DNA of 40,775 bases from an uncultured Gordonia sp. GTDB lineage: Bacteria; Actinomycetota; Actinomycetes; Mycobacteriales; Mycobacteriaceae. Shown here in pieces: positions 36,462-40,775 of the stretch. The DNA lies in NCBI GenBank assembly GCA_964630585.1, contig CAZVVS010000001.1, forward strand, positions 1-40,775, written 5' to 3'. Position numbers and translations under genes: made by a program. The first letter of the stretch is position 1; the number at the start of each line of letters is the position of its first letter. The notes under the pieces are model-generated. The model was not told the origin of the DNA, did not search any database, and worked only from the letters and a program-made list of their open reading frames with translations.

Positions 36462-37291
36462 AGGTGACAGCAATGACTCTGGCAGAAAACAAGATCCCCT
36501 CGTCCCGCGATATCTCACCAATCAGCACATTGGTCGCCGACCACGTCGGTCGGGTCGTCATCAAGCACCAGCACGGGCGCCACGGCATCGACGAGACGAT
36601 TCAACTCGTCGACGAGGTCCTGACCGGCTTCGATGCCGACCCCGAAGTGCACGTAGTCGTACTCCGCGCTCCGACTCCGACCATTCCGATGCAAGTCGTG
36701 TCGTCGGCCGGAAACCACGATGACCCGGCTGAGCCCGCTTACGCCAACCACCAGACCGTCGCCGCGATCACTCGCCGACTGACTGCGATGACCACCCCGA
36801 CCATCTCAGTGATCGAGGGCCCGTGCCGAGGGGCCGCACTGACCCTCGCGCTGGCAACCGACATCCGTATCGCGGTCGAGCACAGCACGTTCGCCCTCGA
36901 CGGAGCATTCTACGGATACGCCTACAGCGTTGACGAGATCGAGACTCTGGTGGCGGCGGTGGGCCCCGTGATCGCGGCCGACGTCCTCTACACCGCACGA
37001 TGCCTCACCGCTCGTGAAGCCGTTGACATGCGATTGATCAACCGGATGGCCACGGTCGACGAACTGGATGAAGTGGTCGCGGCTACGGCCCACATGGTCG
37101 CGATGAACGACCCCTCGGCACTTCGCGCCGCGAAGGCTTCAGTTCAGGCGGCCACCCGACGCACCGATGTCATCGCCCGCGACATCGCCGAGCAACGCAT
37201 TCGTCAGTGTGACCGTTCGAGGTCGATCCGCGAGGCCCAGCAAGCGCAGGTTCGGGGAAGCTCAACATCGCTCGGTCAGGCCGGCATGTGA
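36458..37291 (+). CDS. Degenerate crotonase-fold protein
   Basis: Collinear with 10154..10975 (FDADP.V.VVVLR, TPTI..I.G.C.G, TDIRIA, LY.AR.LT) but the NAL, FASGAD and GGG motifs are lost; alternative ATG 36473. Confidence 0.75.
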   Translation: MKVTAMTLAENKIPSSRDISPISTLVADHVGRVVIKHQHGRHGIDETIQLVDEVLTGFDADPEVHVVVLRAPTPTIPMQVVSSAGNHDDPAEPAYANHQTVAAITRRLTAMTTPTISVIEGPCRGAALTLALATDIRIAVEHSTFALDGAFYGYAYSVDEIETLVAAVGPVIAADVLYTARCLTAREAVDMRLINRMATVDELDEVVAATAHMVAMNDPSALRAAKASVQAATRRTDVIARDIAEQRIRQCDRSRSIREAQQAQVRGSSTSLGQAGM

Positions 37292-37980
37292 CGCCTGACG
37301 AAGCAGTAAGCTCCAGACTGACGCCCAGCGCATTCGTGGCCGCCACGGCCGCGGAGTTACCTGCTCCGACGGAATTCACCGAGCACGAGATCAAGCTGAT
37401 CCGTGGGACATACACGTCGATCGCACGACTGGGCACACAACTGTCGCTTCGGGGGATCTCCCGTGAGATCGGCGTCAGCCCCGGACTGCTGGTATACCAC
37501 TTCGGCAGCCACGAGAACCTCCTGCTGCAGACAATGACGTGGGCGCTGCAATCCACCGTCGGACGCATCCGGCGCCACGTGCGCGAGGCCGACGCTCGGC
37601 AACACGACGCCGTCACCAGCCTCTCTGCATTACTCGACGCCGTCTTCGTCAGCCCGGAGGAGAACCGCGACTTCTATCTGGTGTATCTCGATCTCATCCA
37701 GAACTCGGTTCGCCATTCGACTTTCTCGGGTCTGGCCGAAGTCGTACGCGCCCATATCAACGGCTCGTACGCGGTGGTAATCGCAGCCGGCGTCGAGTCC
37801 GGCGAGTTCCAGGTCGCCGATGTGGCGAGCGCAGCGCGAGAAGCCCGGTCGCTCGTCGACGGGCACGTTGTGCAGTGGTTGCAAAGGGACGACTGGCGAG
37901 AGTCCCACCTGTTGCTGCACGACGATTGCCTCGACAGTCTCCGAAGACTCCTCAGATATGAAGAGGCCCCTCAGATATAG
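37288..37980 (+). CDS. TetR/AcrR family regulator with BetI-like C-terminal domain, copy 2
   Basis: SLRGISREIGVSPGLLVYHFGSHENL, VF.S.EENR..L.YLDL, GVESGEF, VDG..QWLQ. Start uncertain (GTGA overlap). Confidence 0.9.
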   Translation: MTPDEAVSSRLTPSAFVAATAAELPAPTEFTEHEIKLIRGTYTSIARLGTQLSLRGISREIGVSPGLLVYHFGSHENLLLQTMTWALQSTVGRIRRHVREADARQHDAVTSLSALLDAVFVSPEENRDFYLVYLDLIQNSVRHSTFSGLAEVVRAHINGSYAVVIAAGVESGEFQVADVASAAREARSLVDGHVVQWLQRDDWRESHLLLHDDCLDSLRRLLRYEEAPQI

Positions 37981-38032
37981 AGCCGTTCGACCCCCAAAAA
38001 GCCATACAAGTGGCTGAGACCACAAACCGCCC

Positions 38033-38088
38033 TTGACTGTGACCTGAACTACGAATATCCTCGACCTTAGTCCTGCACAAGTGTTCAG
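38033..38088 (+). promoter_or_regulatory. Promoter with operator copy 9 (CTGCACAAGTGTTCAG, 38073-38088)
   Basis: TTGACT (38033-38038), 17 nt, TATCCT (38056-38061); best match to the motif consensus. Confidence 0.75.
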
Positions 38089-38152
38089 CCTGAATCTTGA
38101 TCCGGCAGACGCCGACAGCATCGAGGGACCGAAGAAGAGAAAGAGTTGAATC

Positions 38153-38644
38153 ATGCCCAACACCACGATTCCCGAACTGAAGGAACGCTTCCGCCAGGCA
38201 ATGTCGTCGGTGTGCACACCCGTTTCTGTGGTGACCTCGACCGACTCCGGGTCTCCGCACGGAACCACGGTCAGTGCCTTTGCATCGCTGTCGATGGAGC
38301 CCCCGATGGTCATGGTTTCCCTCGACCGCGGCTCTGAACTCCTGACACTCGTCCGGACCACCGGTAGCTTCGGGCTGAACATTCTCGCGAGCGCGCAATC
38401 AGACCTTGCCCTCAACTTCGCACGCAAGGGTGGTTCGTCGAAGTTCGACAACGTGAGCTGGACCGAAGATCACGGCGTTCCCCGACTTCCGGATGCCGTC
38501 GGATTCGTAGCCTGCCGAGTCGAGCAATTCGTCGAAGGCGGCGACCACATCGTCCTGCTCGGCCGGGTCTTGGGCGCAGACAGCAACGCCGCACCGCCGC
38601 TGACATACCACGGCCGCGTGTTCGGGACACACGCACCGCACTGA
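38153..38644 (+). CDS. Flavin reductase (HpaC/HsaB-like)
   Basis: FRQAM..PVSVVT, GTTVSAFASLSMEPP, GGDHIVLLGRV, PLTY. Confidence 0.92.
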   Translation: MPNTTIPELKERFRQAMSSVCTPVSVVTSTDSGSPHGTTVSAFASLSMEPPMVMVSLDRGSELLTLVRTTGSFGLNILASAQSDLALNFARKGGSSKFDNVSWTEDHGVPRLPDAVGFVACRVEQFVEGGDHIVLLGRVLGADSNAAPPLTYHGRVFGTHAPH

Positions 38645-39334
38645 GCCCGACCTTCCGGTGCCAGCTCCTAGCGCACCGGAATCAAATCGTGACTGCGATC
38701 GCGCCTGGGCGCTGTCACCCGCCACGCATGCGTCGAGCAGCGCCTTGTGCTGTCGTCGGCTCGCCTGCCAGGAATGGCTGTCGGCTATCTCGTACAGCAA
38801 GACTTTTCGGTGCCGATCCGTGCGCTGCCGGTATCCGCGCAGTAGATCACGCAAATGCGGCGGGGCGTGCTGGAACAGCAACTCGTGGAACCTCGAGTGC
38901 GTCTGGGCCCACGATGCGTATTCGCCCGTCGACCGGTCCATCTCGTCGAAGGCCTCCCCCAGCCGGACATGGTCGGCCGACGACATCTGCCCAACACTGA
39001 CGAAGATCGCCAGGGACTCGAGCATGATCCGGGCCGCGTACACCGACTCGACCTCGTCGGGGTCGACCGGAGCCACACGGACGCGTCTGTTGTGTTCCGA
39101 CTGCACCAGGCCCTCGGACTCGAGGTGCCTAAGCGCCTCGCGCAGAGGGGTCCGACTGACACCAAGCTCGGCGGCCAATCGGACCTGGGAAATCGGAGTT
39201 CCCGGTCGCAACGTTCCATCCAGGATTTGCTCCCGGACGCGATCGAGGACATCGAGCGTCGAGTTGCCGGCACGACCACCCCGCCGGTCGCCGACTTCGT
39301 GCTCCGAACCCGTCTCGACCGCGTCGATACTCAC
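38399..39334 (-). CDS. GntR family (FCD domain) regulator, C-terminus apparently damaged; possible pseudogene
   Basis: LGVSRTPLREALRHL..EGLV, R..LE, H..FH, QH..LLDAC..GD. Resemblance ends near 38690 and the frame then reads through the convergent flavin reductase gene. GAGGTG RBS before GTG 39334. Confidence 0.75.
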   Translation of the reverse strand: MSIDAVETGSEHEVGDRRGGRAGNSTLDVLDRVREQILDGTLRPGTPISQVRLAAELGVSRTPLREALRHLESEGLVQSEHNRRVRVAPVDPDEVESVYAARIMLESLAIFVSVGQMSSADHVRLGEAFDEMDRSTGEYASWAQTHSRFHELLFQHAPPHLRDLLRGYRQRTDRHRKVLLYEIADSHSWQASRRQHKALLDACVAGDSAQARSQSRFDSGALGAGTGRSGSVRCVCPEHAAVVCQRRCGVAVCAQDPAEQDDVVAAFDELLDSAGYESDGIRKSGNAVIFGPAHVVELRRTTLACEVEGKV

Positions 39335-39359
39335 CGGCACCTCTATGACGCACTCCTGC

Positions 39360-40109
39360 TCAGCTACCGAGGTAACTGTCGACGATGGCTTGTTCGTCCA
39401 GCCCCTCTGCTGGCCCACTGTAGGTGATGGTGCCGCGGTTCATGAGGACCACATGGTCGGCTATGCCGAGGGCGCGTTGGACGTATTGCTCGACGAGCAA
39501 CATGGAGGTCCCTTGCGCCGCGAGGGTGGCGAGGGCGGTGAAGATCTCGTCGACGATCAGTGGCGCGAGTCCAAGTGAGACTTCGTCGACGAGTATCAGT
39601 CGTGGTTGGGCGACGTAGGCGCGGGCGAGTGCGACCATTTGCTGTTGACCGCCTGATAGTCGTCCGGCAGGTTCGTTGAGCCGGCCCTTGAGCGCGGGGA
39701 ACGCGTCGAGCGCGACCGCCGTCGCGTCAGCCAGTGATCGTTTCGCCGGTGCGCCATAGAGCCGGAGGTTGTCGCGCACGCTGAGGCTGCGGAAGATGCC
39801 ACGTCCTTCAGGGATGAGGCAAACACCATTGCGGGCACGCCGGTGGGCAGTGGGGCGGATGTCGTGGGTACCGAAGACGCGAACGGTGCCGGTGGTGGGC
39901 CGCAGCAGTCCGGACGCGACGCGCAGCGTGGTCGTCTTCCCCGCCCCGTTCGCCCCGAGCAGGGCGACGATCTGGCCGGGCAAGACACTGAAGGAGACAT
40001 CGCGCAGGACGGCAGTCGCGCCATATCCCGCGTTGACCGACTCAAGTTCGAGTACGGGCTCGGCGATGGCTGCGGTGTGAGCGCCCGCAGTGGGTGTTGG
40101 AGCACTCAT
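39360..40109 (-). CDS. ABC ATP-binding protein, LivF-like
   Basis: GANGAGKTT, PEGRGIF, LSGGQQQM, LVDE.SLGLAP, LVEQ. Confidence 0.9.
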   Translation of the reverse strand: MSAPTPTAGAHTAAIAEPVLELESVNAGYGATAVLRDVSFSVLPGQIVALLGANGAGKTTTLRVASGLLRPTTGTVRVFGTHDIRPTAHRRARNGVCLIPEGRGIFRSLSVRDNLRLYGAPAKRSLADATAVALDAFPALKGRLNEPAGRLSGGQQQMVALARAYVAQPRLILVDEVSLGLAPLIVDEIFTALATLAAQGTSMLLVEQYVQRALGIADHVVLMNRGTITYSGPAEGLDEQAIVDSYLGS

Positions 40110-40721
40110 GACAGTTCCTCCTCTGACATGCCGATGTCGACGATGAGTTCCTCGTCGCCCAAGTAGGCGTGGCGAACGATGGGCGAGGCGGCAACCTGGG
40201 CCACCGTCCCGTCGAAGATCGGTTTCCCGAAATCGATGACGAAGACGTGGTCGCAGATCCGGTTCACCAAGGCCATATCGTGTTCGACCAGCAGGATCGT
40301 GGTCCCGTGGCCTGCCACCTCGGTAAGGATTGCGCCGAAGCGTTGCGTTTCGACCTGGTCGAGGCCCGAGGACGGCTCGTCGAGCAGGATCACCTCGTAG
40401 TCACCGGCCAGGCACCGCGCCAGTTCTACGACACGGCGTTGCCCGGTGGTCAGCGTGCTGACCGAGGCGTCGGCAAGGTCGCCCAGCCCGCACAGCGCGA
40501 TCGCCGCCTGTGTCGCGGTGCGGGTGCGGGTGCGCTGGGAGGGGGTGGTCACCATGTGGTCGATTGGGTTCCAGCCGGCGTAGCCGGCTTCGGCGCCCAA
40601 TGCCACATTCTGCGCCACGGTCAACGAGTCGAACAGTTCGGTCTGTTGGAAGGTGCGGCCCAATCCGGCTCGCGCCCGCGCGGGCGGCGGCAGATGCGCC
40701 AGCGAGCGGCCGTTGATGCTG
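40106..40721 (-). pseudogene. LivG-like ABC ATPase, 3' part; apparently interrupted by an IS end
   Basis: GLGRTFQ, LTTGQRR..ELAR, ILLDEPSSGL, LVEHDM, AYLG are present. Sequence upstream of SINGRSL is unrelated to the Walker A region. Confidence 0.65.
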
Positions 40722-40775
40722 GGGCGTGTCAGATGGTCTGTGTAAGCGGTGAGGTTCAACCCTGAAGGGAATCTC
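40722..40775. mobile_element. Probable IS256-family terminal inverted repeat (element continues beyond the window)
   Basis: GGGCGT-GTC-AGATGGTC-TGTGTAA fits the N6-GTC-N8-TGTGTAA pattern recalled for IS256-type ends and starts exactly where livG similarity breaks. No transposase is visible. Confidence 0.6.

Noticed and set aside
1-40775. Biosynthetic gene cluster, defence system or prophage
   Set aside because: No PKS, NRPS, carrier protein, RiPP machinery, nuclease/defence or phage genes recognised; content and importers favour catabolism.

Overview
High-GC actinobacterial DNA (a complete yrbE-mce-mas operon points to Mycobacteriales such as Gordonia/Rhodococcus/Nocardia relatives). The window is an accessory catabolic island with no housekeeping, rRNA, tRNA or CRISPR content. 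It has about 35 genes: CoA transferases and ligases, hot-dog dehydratases, crotonase-fold proteins, flavin monooxygenases plus a reductase, lactonase/esterase-type hydrolases, FAH-family enzymes, cupins, SnoaL proteins, two DUF3500 proteins, an Mce importer, and TetR (x2), IclR and GntR regulators. The main signal not explained by the ORF track is regulatory. A 16-bp pseudo-palindrome, CTGCAC-N4-GTTCAR, occurs nine times, once at the start of nearly every transcription unit. It is usually next to TTGACn/TAnnnT promoter boxes and CRP/GlxR-like GTGA-N6-TCAC boxes, and it probably defines a regulon for the two TetR paralogs. The central mce/DUF3500 block (10154-24413) lacks this motif and has two IclR-like boxes instead. 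Decay is visible: an internally deleted monooxygenase gene (2884-3073), a C-terminally damaged GntR, and an IS256-like end inside a livG-like gene at the right edge. The substrate cannot be determined from sequence alone, and all family calls come from motif recognition, not database searches.
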